A stretch of DNA of 64,000 bases from Octopus vulgaris (GCA_951406725.2 OX597825.1:82088001-82152000); one strand, 5' to 3'; counted from the first letter of the stretch, positions 14,236 through 27,809 are shown. Numbers and translations are program-made. Notes: generated by a model not told the origin, from the sequence alone.

Positions 14236-14768
14236 TGGACGGTTTCGTTGTTGAAGTTGGCGAAAGCTGCCATAATCCTTGCCTTCAGTTCATCTTTGGT
14301 GTTGCAAGCAGTTTTGATGATCTCTCTCTCAACTGTGCCCGACACATAATAATCAAGGGGTTTGCAGTCTGGGGAGTTAGGTGACCAACTTTTAGGGGTG
14401 ATGCGGTCACAGAAATTGTCTGACAGCCACGACTAGGTTCTCCTGCTTGTGTGGCATGGTGCAGAGTCATGTTGCCAGACATAGGGTGTTCCAGCAGCCA
14501 CGCTCTTCCCCCAGGCACTTGATGTAGGCCTCGGTGTTGAGTGTGAGGCCATGTGAAAAGGTGAATGGAGGCATAACGTTGCCATCACTAGTGATGACTT
14601 CAAACACCGTAATGTTGACTGGACGTTTGATTTTTATAACTCTCGGTATATGTCCTCAAAATGACACCTAAACACTCTGAGATGCTCGTATTAGCTGACC
14701 CTACTATACTGTGTAGTTGACAAAATCAAAAACAAACAATGCACATGCGACAATTTACCCACCCTATA
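14236..14768 (-). pseudogene. Tc1/mariner-superfamily DD37D (maT) transposase relic with one TIR
   Basis: Minus translation YVWQHDSAPCHTSRRT*SWLSDNFCDRITPKSWSPNSPDCKPLDYYV: 37 residues between second and third catalytic D; stop and frameshift present; terminus tatagggtgggtaaatt at ~14752-14768. Confidence 0.9.
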
Positions 14769-14779
14769 TTATATGTATA

Positions 14780-14841
<62 letters not shown>

Positions 14842-14848
<7 letters not shown>

Positions 14849-15053
14849 ATCACATGACCGACCAGTCCATCAGAAGAAAGAGTGGGAGAAAGAGTGGTGA
14901 AAGAGTACAGCAGGGATCACCACCCCCTGCCGGAGCCTCGTGGAGCTTTTAGGTGTTTTCGCTCAATAAACACACACAACACAAGGTCTGGGAATCGAAA
15001 CCGCGATCCTACGACCGCGAGTCCGCTGCCCTAACCACTAGGCCATTGCGCCT

Positions 15054-15056
<3 letters not shown>
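14842..15056 (-). mobile_element. tRNA-derived SINE family C (internally deleted)
   Basis: Minus head gtggaggcgcaatggcctagtggttagggcagcggactcgcggtcgtaggatcgcggtttcgattccc; same as 24611-24910. Confidence 0.9.
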
Positions 15057-15090
<34 letters not shown>

Positions 15091-15093
15091 TAC

Positions 15094-15148
<55 letters not shown>

Positions 15149-16112
15149 CATATCGACATCTTTATCTATATATCTACCTTCTCTATAGTGTTATCAATTA
15201 ATATGAAAATTATGTATTAATGGAAAACCTCTGTAAATGGCTGATGATTGCTCAACATTTTAAAACTGTTGTAATACTTATAAAATTTAATAAAATGATG
15301 TAGCATGAAACGATCGTACCAAATTACCGGAGATATTATTGTTGCTTATTTTGATTATAATCACCTTATTTTAAATTATATGGATAACACCATACAAAAT
15401 TCTGGTACATCTAACTTAAGTACCATATTCATTTGAATCTAAATTTTGCTGAACTTATATATATATATACATGTATATATATATATGCATACACACATAC
15501 ACGCATATGCACGTGCATATACACATACGCGTGCGCACCTCCACCGCATAAATATATGTAGGGCAAGTCTTCCTCGGTGAGAGACGGGACATATTAAGCG
15601 CTCAGTAGTGCAAGTAAACGCAACAAACACTCTACGTTCTTAGACGTAATTCACGCCTACACCACACCGGTAGAGCACTTCACATACTCGTATTAAGCGA
15701 GTCTACGTGTGGGCTTAAGTACCTTAAACACACACTCAGACACATGCAACCACACACACACTCACACAGAGAGGCACAACGGCTTGCATACGTTAGGTAT
15801 GTTAACAGGAAGTTATTAATAAAGTTAGACGACTTCAGCTTCAGTCACTAGCAATCGGCCCTGTGCCCGAAAAGTGGAGCAGATATCATATTGGCGTAAC
15901 TGCATCTGTCTTTCCGTCTAATGCAAAATTAATGTCACACCATTGGTGTCACATGTTCAACAACGTTGAGTAACTCATTAGCAGCAGCAGAAAAAAAACA
16001 AAATCAACACCAGTCAAGTATGGTCGCTGATGTCAATGAAAAGAAATTAAATGTATCAAATATTTCCCCAGTAACTTCACACATCATAAGTCACATGTTT
16101 ATATGCTTGCAT

Positions 16113-16204
<92 letters not shown>

Positions 16205-16487
16205 TTATATATATATGTGTGTGTGTGTGTATGTATATTTGTGTATATATATATATCTATATGCATATATATATATATGAGCATACATATGCATTCATAT
16301 GTATATCTGTATTTAAATATATATATGTATATATATATGTTGTGTGTGTGTGTATTATAGTGTTTATGTATACATAAACACAGACACACAGACACACACA
16401 TATATATATACACTGAAAAGAAATTAAATGTATCAAATATTTGCCAAGTAGCTTCACACATCATAAGTCACATGTTTATATGATTGC

Positions 16488-16551
<64 letters not shown>

Positions 16552-16620
16552 ATATATATATATATATGTGTGAGTGTATATATATATGCACATACATATA
16601 CATTCATATATATATATGTA

Positions 16621-16680
<60 letters not shown>

Positions 16681-16867
16681 ATGTATACATAAACACACTC
16701 GCACATATATATATACACACACACATACATATATATATATTCACACACACACACTCATATATATGTGCATTATATCTTGCACACTTACAAACACACACAC
16801 ACACAGACCTATACACAAGCATATAAACTCAAGAAGCTGGCTCACAAGACCAAATCTCCAGTTTCCT

Positions 16868-16905
16868 TTTCCTGAAGAGGGGGTCTTAACCTCGAAATAT
16901 TGAAA
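16868..16905 (+). ncRNA. Minimal type-I hammerhead ribozyme motif, core intact
   Basis: TTTC-CTGAAGA-GGGG(gtcttaa)CCTC-GAAA-TA-T-T-GAAA: 4-bp stem I, 4-bp stem II with one G-U, palindromic mini stem III; aataaa just downstream. Confidence 0.6.
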
Positions 16906-16987
16906 TATATAATAAAAGTGCAAAACTGACTCATTTGTTTTCTTTCACCTTAATACTTATATATATATCTGTGTGTGTGTATATATA

Positions 16988-17297
<310 letters not shown>

Positions 17298-17661
17298 GTA
17301 TATGTACACACGCAATCAGGCACACTCTCTCACACACATACACCCCTTCCCAGATATGTGTGTATATAAGATGAATTAGACGCATGGATAGAAATAAATT
17401 TGTGCACTGACACACGCAAATGCATGCAATTACAAACACGTGTTCACAGGTTTTAATGAAGCATAAAGGTTTTTGCATCAAACATTCAGAACGCTAAACC
17501 TAAATTAGTTAATCAAATTCCTTCGTCGGCCCATTTGAGCTGTCATCATTAGTTCGCCTTTTGATTATACAAATTATACCGGCCCCAAAGTTATCCATAA
17601 TTCTTTGTGTGCCTAAAAATCTTTATTACGCGATTAGTAATACTCGAGTAACTGTATCATC

Positions 17662-17692
17662 CTGATGAGGTCTATCAGACTGAAATGCATTC
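17662..17692 (+). ncRNA. Hammerhead-like motif with decayed stem I
   Basis: CTGATGA-GGTCT(atc)AGACT-GAAA-TGCA-T-T; flanks no longer pair well. Confidence 0.5.
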
Positions 17693-17972
17693 ATAATTGT
17701 TTCCCTTGCTCGCAAATGAAGATTAATCTTTCTCTTTCTGTAAGCATGTAAATTAAGATTTTTGAAATTATCTCCCTTTTTGTTTAAGAGTTGCACGCAG
17801 TTACCGCTAGGTTTATGTCTTTATTTTCTTTCACCAGCTAAACTGGGAATTTCAAGTAATTAATTAAAATAAAAATGCTTGCATACAGTATTCAGAAATT
17901 CCACCCTTTAAATTATTTATAGATACTTACTGACACACGAACACATAATAAAACGCATATTCACACACACAC

Positions 17973-18027
<55 letters not shown>

Positions 18028-18133
18028 AAAGTACTCAACAGGACGTGAAAATTATAATTGAAGAGTTGGCGGTTGCGTTCTAACGAGGAATTTTCAAGTA
18101 GAACCTCATTCACAATCTTTCTCTCACACCTAG

Positions 18134-18177
<44 letters not shown>

Positions 18178-18194
18178 ATACACACACACATACA

Positions 18195-18243
<49 letters not shown>

Positions 18244-18384
18244 GCACATACTCACAACCACCGTTTTCTCACATTTACGCTCTCTCACCCATATATAAAC
18301 GACACACATTTGCACACACACAGACACACACACACACACACACACACGCAGACGCTTTTATAAGGAAATGGCAATACTGGTAGG

Positions 18385-18567
18385 ATGACGATGACGACGA
18401 CGGCGACCATGATGATGACAATGATGGTGATGGTGATGATGAGGATTGTGATGATGTTGATGATGATGATGATGATGTTCATGATGATGATGATGAAGAT
18501 GATGATGATGATGGTGATCATGATGATCATGATCATGATGCTGTTGCTGCTGCTGATGATGATGATG

Positions 18568-18600
<33 letters not shown>

Positions 18601-18765
18601 TTGATGATGATGATGATGACGGCGACGATGATGATGATGATGCTTTTAGTGACGATGACACTTTTATTGACGGCGAGGGTAACGAGGATGGCCGGGCTGT
18701 GTTGATGTTAATGATGATAATGATGATGATATACGACGGCTAAGACGACGACGACGATGGTGATG
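18385..18765. repeat. Degenerate (GAT)n/(GAC)n triplet tract
   Basis: Read directly; source of the poly-Met ORF. Confidence 0.95.
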
Positions 18766-19079
18766 GTGAAGTGTGGAAGGCGGTGTGAGTGGTGTGTGAC
18801 GGGGGATAGGAAAATTATTGGCGGAGGCAAGGACTACAGAAAGGGAGGTGGTGAGAGTAGAGTGGGGATGAGGCGAAAGACGCCTTTTTTTATCGAGAAT
18901 AAGATTATATTGAAGTGGTCAGTTTTTGAGGTGATGGTCAGTCTGAACTTCTTGGTTTGTAACGTGAAAGATAGATTTTACTTGTCGTGGATGTTGTTGT
19001 CTATAATGTGCGTCCTTGTGTCCATGTACCCGCCCTTGAGTGCGTGTGTGTGTGTGTATGAGAGAGTATGTGTAGCATG

Positions 19080-19478
19080 CGGGAAGATTCGTCGTGGCAC
19101 TCCGTCGGTTACGACGACGAGGGTTCCAGTTGATCCGATCAACGGAACAGCCTGCTCGTGAAATTAACGTGCAAGTGGCTGACCACCCCACAGACACGTG
19201 TACCCTTAACGTAGTTCTCGGGGAGATTCAGCGTGACACAAGGTGTGACAAGGCTGGCCCCTTTGAAATACAGGTACAACGGAAACAGGAAGAAAAAGAG
19301 TGAGAGAAAATTGTGGTGAAAGAGTACAGCAGGGTTCGCCACCCCAGCCCCTGCCGGAGCCTCGTGGAGCTTTAGGTGTATTCGCTCAATAAACAGTCAC
19401 AACGTCGGGTCTGGGACTCGAAATCCCGATCCTACGCCAGCGAGTTCGCTGCCCTAACCACTGGGCCATTACGCCTTC
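19080..19478 (-). mobile_element. SINE family C, long-tail variant
   Basis: Same head and body (aaagagtacagcaggg..ccggagcctcgtggagc) as 14842 and 24611 copies but a different 3' region. Confidence 0.85.
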
Positions 19479-19799
19479 TCATGTGTAGATTAGACACACC
19501 CTCACACCCTCACTCACAAACACTCATTCTTTCTCACACTCACTCATTCACTCAATCACTCACTCTCATACACGCAGGCATGCACACGTACATTCTCTCT
19601 CATTTACTCAAATATACCACAACTGTAATGAAATTAAACGTCCCAGAATTATCTGAATCCTAAAATAAGTTCGTGAACCGCGATGGAAAGTGAATACTAA
19701 CGATTTGGGGTTACACCCTTCTTGGAAGAACTTTCAGAAGTGATAGTAATGATTCCTGTCATAAACACAAGACCAGAATTCCAGAATTTCAGAGAGAGA

Positions 19800-19870
<71 letters not shown>

Positions 19871-20418
19871 TTACGATTAAATCGACAAAAGAACTAGACT
19901 GGCACATAATTTTATCGACTCACGAAAAAAACGGGAAAATAAATAAGCTGACGTCAGCGGGATTTGAACTCAGTACGTTAAAGACTGAAACAGAAATATT
20001 ACAAAGCATTATCGCCACATCTACCTCTGATGATAGTTCCAGAACACAACTTGGTGATTCTTTTTTAATCTAGGCAGAAGGCCCGAAATTTTGGGGGATG
20101 TGGTGGTGGTGGTGGATAGAGATAAATTTGCGACCTGACACATGCAAATGCATACAATTACAAACACGTGTTCACAGGTTTTAATGAAGCAGAAAGGTTT
20201 TTGCATCAAACATTCAGAACTTGGTGCACAACTTGGTGATTCCATTGTAGATACAGTAGGAGGTGTGTAGTGCTTAAGTTTTCTCTTCGTGGTCTCCCAA
20301 CATCAATGCAGACATTTATTAACTTTTCTATTCTCCTCATTTATTTCACGACTTGCGGAATTTCGTTATTTGAATGTAATGTTAGTTACTTGTTAGTACA
20401 TATTTAACTGACAAGAAC

Positions 20419-20476
<58 letters not shown>

Positions 20477-20511
20477 TATGTATACGTATATACAAGTGTG
20501 TATATTTTACA

Positions 20512-20745
20512 AAGGCGGCGAGCTGGTAGAATCGTTAGCATGCCGGGTGAACTGCTTAGGGGTATTTCGTCCGCCGCTGTGTTCTGAGTTCAAATTCCGA
20601 CAAGGTCGACTTTGCCTTTCATCCTTTCGAGGTCGATTAAATAAGTACCAGTTACGCACTGGAGTCGATGTAATCGACTTAATCCGTTTGTCTTTCCTTG
20701 TTTGTCCCCTCTGTGTGTAGCCCATTGTGGGCAGTAAAGAAATAA
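20512..20745 (+). mobile_element. SINE family B, left monomer with probable TSD
   Basis: aaggcggcgagctggtagaatcgttagc..gagttcaaattcc; aagtgtgtat flanks both sides (20494 and 20744). Confidence 0.9.
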
Positions 20746-21038
20746 GTGTGTATGTTATATGTGTGTTATTAAACGCATAACTATATTCAAGTTTTATCTG
20801 ATATTTTTCATATCATAAAGTTTTTATAAGTTGGCTTACAAAAGTGGATGTTCTAAATCCATATTCGACGATTCTAGAGCATCATGGTCTCATTATCAAG
20901 AATTAGAAACGTCTGGTGCGGATTTACGAAATCTACTCAACCCGAACGAACTGTAAAATGCTAACAACAAAATATGAAAAAAAAAACTAAAGAAAGATAA
21001 TTTTGCATATAAGGAAACGCGCAGAAAAATGTTCCTCA

Positions 21039-21069
<31 letters not shown>

Positions 21070-21103
21070 CTGTCTGTCTGTCTGTCTGTCTGTCCATCCA
21101 TCC

Positions 21104-21161
<58 letters not shown>

Positions 21162-21224
21162 ATATCTATCTATCTGTCTGTCTGACTACTTATCTATCTG
21201 TCTTCACACACACACATATACTCG

Positions 21225-21292
<68 letters not shown>

Positions 21293-21691
21293 CATATATC
21301 TATAATGCATATATATTCTTTTCGACTCTAGGCACAAGGCCAGACATTTTGGGGGAAGTATTTTTTTATGTCATTCTTCTCCTCCTCCTCCTCCTCCTTC
21401 TTCGTCTTCGTCTTCTTCTTCGTCTTCTTCTTCTTCTTCTTCTCCTCGCCACCACCACCACCACCACCACCACCACCATTATCATTATCATCATTATTAT
21501 TGAAAACAAGGATGTAGTTGCGTGGAAAACTTCCCATATTTTGTTGTTAATTATGGAATCTAATTGACACAGAATGCAGTGACACTAGGAATGGTGTATA
21601 TAATACATACATACACACACACACACACATATACATATATATATATATATATACATATACATTTACATATATATATATCTATATATACATA

Positions 21692-22002
<311 letters not shown>

Positions 22003-22400
22003 CTTTGTTATAACGTTTACGTAACGCAGTCAGAAAACTCGTATTATGAATTTCCTATTGGTTGCGGTTTGGAATCTGAATCAACAGGAATCTGAATAGA
22101 GATTAAAATGCCGTCTTTCAGAACAACATATCGTAGGGCCCGATATTTGATTATTTATTATTGTTTTTTTTATAAAATTCTACAATACTCAACATTATAT
22201 TCCTCGAATTAACGAGTATACAGTTAATTAAATTGGGCTCCAAACTACTTTTTGGTATGCTGCAGCGCTGTGTGTCCGTGTGCCCCACATTATGCATTGA
22301 AGAAAAGTTCGTGCACCGTGTTAAAATAATGATTTTTTTATGCATCAGTTTTATTCAAAAGCAACAACTATTCTTCAAAATAAAGACCATCATTTTTCCA

Positions 22401-22965
22401 CCAGACAAACGGATTAAGTCGATTATATCGACCCCAGTGCGTAACTGGTACTTATTTAATCGACCCCGAAAGGATGAAAGGCAAAGTCGACCTCGGCGGA
22501 ATTTGAACTCAGAACGTAACGGCAGACGAAATACGGCTACGCATTTCGGCCGGCGTGCTAACGTTTCTTTTTTACTCTAGGCACAAGGCCCAAAATTTTG
22601 TGGGGAGGGGGCCAGTCGATTAGATCGACCCAGTACGCAACTGGTACTTACTTTATCGTCTTCGAAAGGATGAAAGGCAAAGTCGACCTCGGCAGAATTT
22701 GAACTCAGAACGTAACGGCAGACGAAATACTTATTTCTTTATTACCCACAAGGGGCTAAACACAGAGCGGACAAACAAGGACAGACATAGGTATTAAGTC
22801 GATTACATCGACCCCAGTGCGTAACTGGTACCTAATTTATCGACCCCGAAAGGATGAAAAGCAAAGTCGACCTCGGCGGAATTTGAACTCACAACGTAAC
22901 GGCAGACGAAATACCGCTCAGCATTTCGCCCAGTGTGCTAACGTTTCTGCCAGCTCATCACCTTC
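22401..22965 (-). mobile_element. SINE family B: full dimer (22566-22965) joined tail-to-head to an extra left monomer (22401-22565)
   Basis: Three copies of gaaaggatgaaa(g/a)gcaaagtcgacctcggc(g/a)gaatttgaactca. Confidence 0.92.
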
Positions 22966-24189
22966 GTTGAAAAATAAGAATAAAAATATAAATGGGCTGA
23001 TCTCTGAAATGTTTTTGATCTAAGGTTCTTTTTCATAGACTGACATGGAATTAATAGCTTCTATAAGAACAAGAAAAATAACAAAAGACACAATAACAAG
23101 CGTATTTTTATACGAGAAACTGTGATTTCTTTGACAAAGCATGTTTATGAATAATACAAATGTGATGTGGACAGACAATGAGCGTAATTGTTTGCTTTCT
23201 GTGTAAACGTGAAAGTGGTCAACAAATTTCACACACATTTCTATGCGGGGCAGAAAACCGCCACAGCATGCTATCGCTGTCTGACTACTCATCTGTAAAA
23301 CGAAGAACTCCACCCAGTTTCAGCAAAAATATTTGATAAACTACAATACAATCATCCATCAAGGGAAAATGCTTAGACTCACACAATTCTTTCTTTATAA
23401 ATAAAATTCCATAAAACACTAAATGAGGCCAAGCATTTGAATCCACCGTAATATGTAAATATATCTTCTGTCACCGGGTTGTTTATGATAATGGTAACAC
23501 TTGGAAACAAAAAAGCCAGCCTTTTTATTATCTAAGTATGTCGTCTGTGCGACTTTATAAATAAATTATCGATTATTCATCTCTCCTGGCGCCGTTCTAT
23601 GTTTATTTTTTTAAAATGAAGTTTGTTTATTTCTAGTTTTCTGTATTATATTACCAGTAAGCAAAAACAGCATGCTTTCGCTGACGAAGTCTAGTATGAC
23701 AGAAACAGTTCTAGGAGTTATGTCCCATGACAATAAAATTACGTAATGTTTCGGCAATAGGGACGCATGTAAACACTGATAGACGAAAATTAGGGTTTCA
23801 CTTTTATGTTCTGTTCGTTATCCGATAAGAAGAATTATCCAATAATATGGGTTGTACTTATATTATTACAATTTGTACTCCTAAAATTGCACATCCTCCT
23901 TACTAGGTGGATTGTCCGGGATTAATCAACCGGAGGATTTGTTCAATGGGAGCAGTTATCAAGAGGACAAATGTCAGAGAAGAGGGAGTCCCGATTCCTA
24001 TAAAAAGGGTCTTTCTAGTCTCTCTTGAGTCCTTAGAGAGAAAATATTGTTACTTACCAGCTAATAATTTTCCTTATAATTTCTTCAGGTGTTAAGGGAG
24101 TGATGAAATTGGCTCAGGTATAAGTAATTTCAGAATTCGCAACCAATGTAACAAGGAAATTTATGCGTATGTATGTATGGTTGGTTGGC

Positions 24190-24355
24190 TGGTTGGAATT
24201 TAAAAATGACGAAGAGAGGTGTGTAAACAACAAGCAGGTGTATTAGTTTAACACTCGGGAAGGTGAGAAAGTCTTTTACGTTCCGAGCCTACGCGCTTCA
24301 ACACGAGAAAATAAACAAAGAAAGGATAAAAAAAAAGCTTTCGTCGCTAGCGGTC
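24190..24355 (-). mobile_element. Short Penelope-like element (family P2) with decayed hammerhead
   Basis: Minus tgttgaagcgcgtaggctcggaacgtaaaagac; homologous to 30500-30720. Confidence 0.6.
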
Positions 24356-24534
24356 AATATGCATGTATGTATGTATGTATGTATGTATGTATGTATGTAT
24401 GTATGTATGTATGCATGTATGTATGCATGTATGCATGTATGTATGTATGTATGTATGTATGTATGTATGTATGTATGTATGTATGCATACATGCCTATAC
24501 ACACATGCCGACATATATATATATATACATATAC

Positions 24535-24610
<76 letters not shown>

Positions 24611-24614
<4 letters not shown>

Positions 24615-24903
24615 AGGCTCAATGGCCCAATAGTTAGGGCAGCGGACTCGCGGTCGGAGGATCGCGGTTTCGATTCCCAGACCGGGCGTTGTGAGTGTTT
24701 ATTGAGCGAAAACACCTAAAGCTCCACGAGTCTCCGGCAGGAAGTTGTGGCGATCCCTGCTGTACTCTTTCGCCGCAACTTTCTCTCACTCTTTCTTCTG
24801 TTGGCCTGCTCGCTTAACCAGCGGGGTGGCGTCATTCGAAGGCTAAAACAATGCGAACGCATTGTGACCAGCGATGTGTAACAACATCTGATGGTCTGGT
24901 CGT

Positions 24904-24910
<7 letters not shown>
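24611..24910 (+). mobile_element. SINE family C, full length
   Basis: tRNA-like head with A box (tggcccaatagtt) and B box (gtttcgattccc), body, tail tcacgtga followed by (TA)n. Confidence 0.92.
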
Positions 24911-24953
<43 letters not shown>

Positions 24954-25933
24954 CCGATAAGGCTCCTTTCCAAAATGCGCCAGAAAATTTGTTTGCTTGT
25001 TATCAGTCGTAAGACACTTGTTGTGGCAACATCTGTATGCAGATCCCTGGTCGATCACGTTAGTGATCACTGTAATCTCAAGATTAATCAGCCGAAATTA
25101 CTACGATGATCCGGTTCTTGACTGAAGACTGAGGGTTTCGAATGTCCTGTCCGTGTTTATTGTATCGTCTTCTAAGAGATATACGTTCTTGTCCATGTTG
25201 TATTTTTCTACATACCTTAATATATATATATATATATATATATATGCGTCAGAGAGTCTGATCACAAAGAGCAAGATAAATCTGCGACAGCAATATCAAT
25301 CTTCTTGTAAAAGTTAATATATATTCTATTAGAAAGCGCTGAGCAAGCTTTCACTTTAATCTATAAGTTGACATAAAAACAAGCAATAGCATATGTCTTT
25401 GCGAAATATATATATATATATATTATCAAACTCACTGATGCATAAATATACATATGTGCATGTGTGTGCATGCGTGTATATCTGTACATTTATACATACA
25501 TAATACGTACATATATATTCAAATATGAATTAGAAGTGGCGTTAGTGTTGTAAACATTGTCGAACGTAAAAGCTAAATGTATGTGTCTAGCTTATTCGCC
25601 GGTCAGCTGCGATTTGACACGGTAGAGATGACTCTCGCATAGGGCCAGGTGATTACACCTGAAAATTATAGACAGGTGAGACAACTTCAGTTTGTCCCCG
25701 ATTCGGTTCAGGTACGTGATGTTGTCAATGCACAAAACTGGCGTAACACGATGTCCGTCGCTCCTGAATGTAAGATGGGGCGAGTTTGTTTCACCTGTCT
25801 AGGACTTTCAGAAGTGCCGGGTATTAAATACCCGGCACTTCGAGACTGTCGTCTCCTCTGCGACATGTCGCAGCCTATCGGCGAACAAGCGCAGTGCATA
25901 CATGTAAGTATGCTTGTTCTATAAGATACACAC

Positions 25934-26069
25934 ACTCATTTCTACAGGTGAGTGAACTCGACAAACGTGAAATATAATGTCTTGCTCCTGAACACAACAC
26001 ACAGCCCCGGGTTGGGAATCGAACTCACTACCTCATGATTGTGAGCTCAACGCTTTAACCGATAAGCCA

Positions 26070-26071
<2 letters not shown>
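25934..26071 (-). mobile_element. SINE family D, 5' part
   Basis: Minus head with B box gagttcgattccc and CORE-like gagcaagaca..gttcactcacctgtagaaatgagt. Confidence 0.82.
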
Positions 26072-26163
<92 letters not shown>

Positions 26164-26173
26164 CACACACATA

Positions 26174-26385
26174 TTCTTTTACGTTTTTCATTCATTTGAT
26201 TGCGGCCATGCTGGAGTGTAACCTTAAAGGGTGTTAGACGAAGAAATCGACCCCAGGACTTAGTCTTTGTAAGCCTAGTACTTATTATATCGGCCTCTTT
26301 TGCCGAACTGCTAAGTAAGGGAGACATTAGCACACTAACATCGGTTGTCAAGCAATGGCGGGAGGACAAACACAGACACACACAA
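26174..26385 (-). mobile_element. SINE family A, 3' half
   Basis: gcggccatgctggag..aatcgacccc..ttttgccgaactgctaagt. Confidence 0.9.
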
Positions 26386-26446
26386 ATATATATATATACA
26401 CACACACACAAACACACACACATACATACATACATACATACATACA

Positions 26447-26539
<93 letters not shown>

Positions 26540-26541
<2 letters not shown>

Positions 26542-26705
26542 TTGGCGATTTTTTTTCCTGCGTCTTCCTTTTCTCTTGAACTTTCCTCTGTCTCTTGTTT
26601 CTGAAGAAGAGCGTTGCTCGAAACGTTAAACCACCTTTCTTTCCTTCCCTAAGTGTCTGCTAATACTTTACTTGTACCACTTCCTCGCGTTGTTGCTTTT
26701 ACTTG
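26540..26705 (+). mobile_element. Family P1 Penelope-like short element
   Basis: Starts cgttggcgatttttt exactly as the 30272 copy; carries the hammerhead at 26597-26631; begins at the end of a TA tract. Confidence 0.75.
26597..26631 (+). ncRNA. Minimal type-I hammerhead ribozyme motif, core intact (extra-A variant)
   Basis: GTTT-CTGAAGA-A-GAGC(gtt)GCTC-GAAA-CG-T-T-AAAC: perfect 4-bp stems I and II and palindromic ACGT stem III, as described for Penelope-associated minimal hammerheads. Confidence 0.7.
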
Positions 26706-27620
26706 TCTGTATATATGCACACATATATACAGACACACGGCTAAGGCAGGCATACCCACGCGCCTCTGTACATAGAGCGTAACCTTTTATCGAAAGAGCG
26801 GCATTGATATGTTATAAACCCAAAGCTTCAGTCTTTTATACGTGCAGTTGTTAAAAAGCCGTTAGCCACCCCAGATACAAATTTAATTATATAATACGAA
26901 GAAACATCAAACCAGCCCTCACCACCACTCTGGATATAGCGTTGTAACCTGAGATCGAACCAGCCTTATCAGTTTTATATATGAACAATGATACCACTGA
27001 ATCATGTGACATAATTTATAATCAGTCATCAACGAAACAATTAACGGATTGTCGTATCGCAGGGAGGCTGTTATCCGAAAACTGGATCGTAGAATCATGG
27101 AAGAAAGGGATTCCTTGTAAAGAGGGTTGAGTCATTTCAAGGGGACAGATATGGGATTTGAAAAAAGAATAAAAAAAGGGGTCAAAATAACAAGAGAGGG
27201 AATGTTATTTGAGCTGTATGATGACAGAGATACATATTATTCTGACGGACATGTTGGAGGCATTGTTGCTGGTGTTAATGGTGATTACGATAGTGGTGGT
27301 GGTGGTGGTGGTGGTGGTGGTGTTGACGGTACTGGCGGTGATGTTGGGGATGGGGGTGATAGTAGTGGTTGTGGTGGTGTTGGTGTTATTGTTGATTGTA
27401 TTGCGTAGCTCTTGGTGGCGGTGGTGGTGATGGTCGTGATATCCAACCGATTAGATGGGTGGTGGCCATGTCTTGCTTGAGTGGTTCTGATTTCTACCGA
27501 TGTAGAAACGGTGACGACAACAAAAAACTACATGATGACAAACAACAACGGCAACAGAAAGAACAATAGGCAGCAGCTTCAATGTATATACAATACACAC
27601 ACACACATAAATACATACAT

Positions 27621-27669
<49 letters not shown>

Positions 27670-27757
27670 GTAAAACTTTCAGACAGAAAAACGACATTTA
27701 CAATGGTAATAAATACAACTGTGGAAACGACACATACGATAAAGGGAATAGTAAAAC

Positions 27758-27809
<52 letters not shown>

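Noticed and set aside
22401-22965. Regularly spaced ~35-bp repeats suggesting a CRISPR array
   Set aside because: Repeats are SINE core duplications with non-unique spacers in a eukaryotic context; no cas genes.
24611-24685. tRNA-like cloverleaf heads here and at 7343, 15056, 19478, 46990 and 56051
   Set aside because: Each continues into a shared SINE body and lacks a proper acceptor stem, so they are SINE heads rather than tRNA genes.
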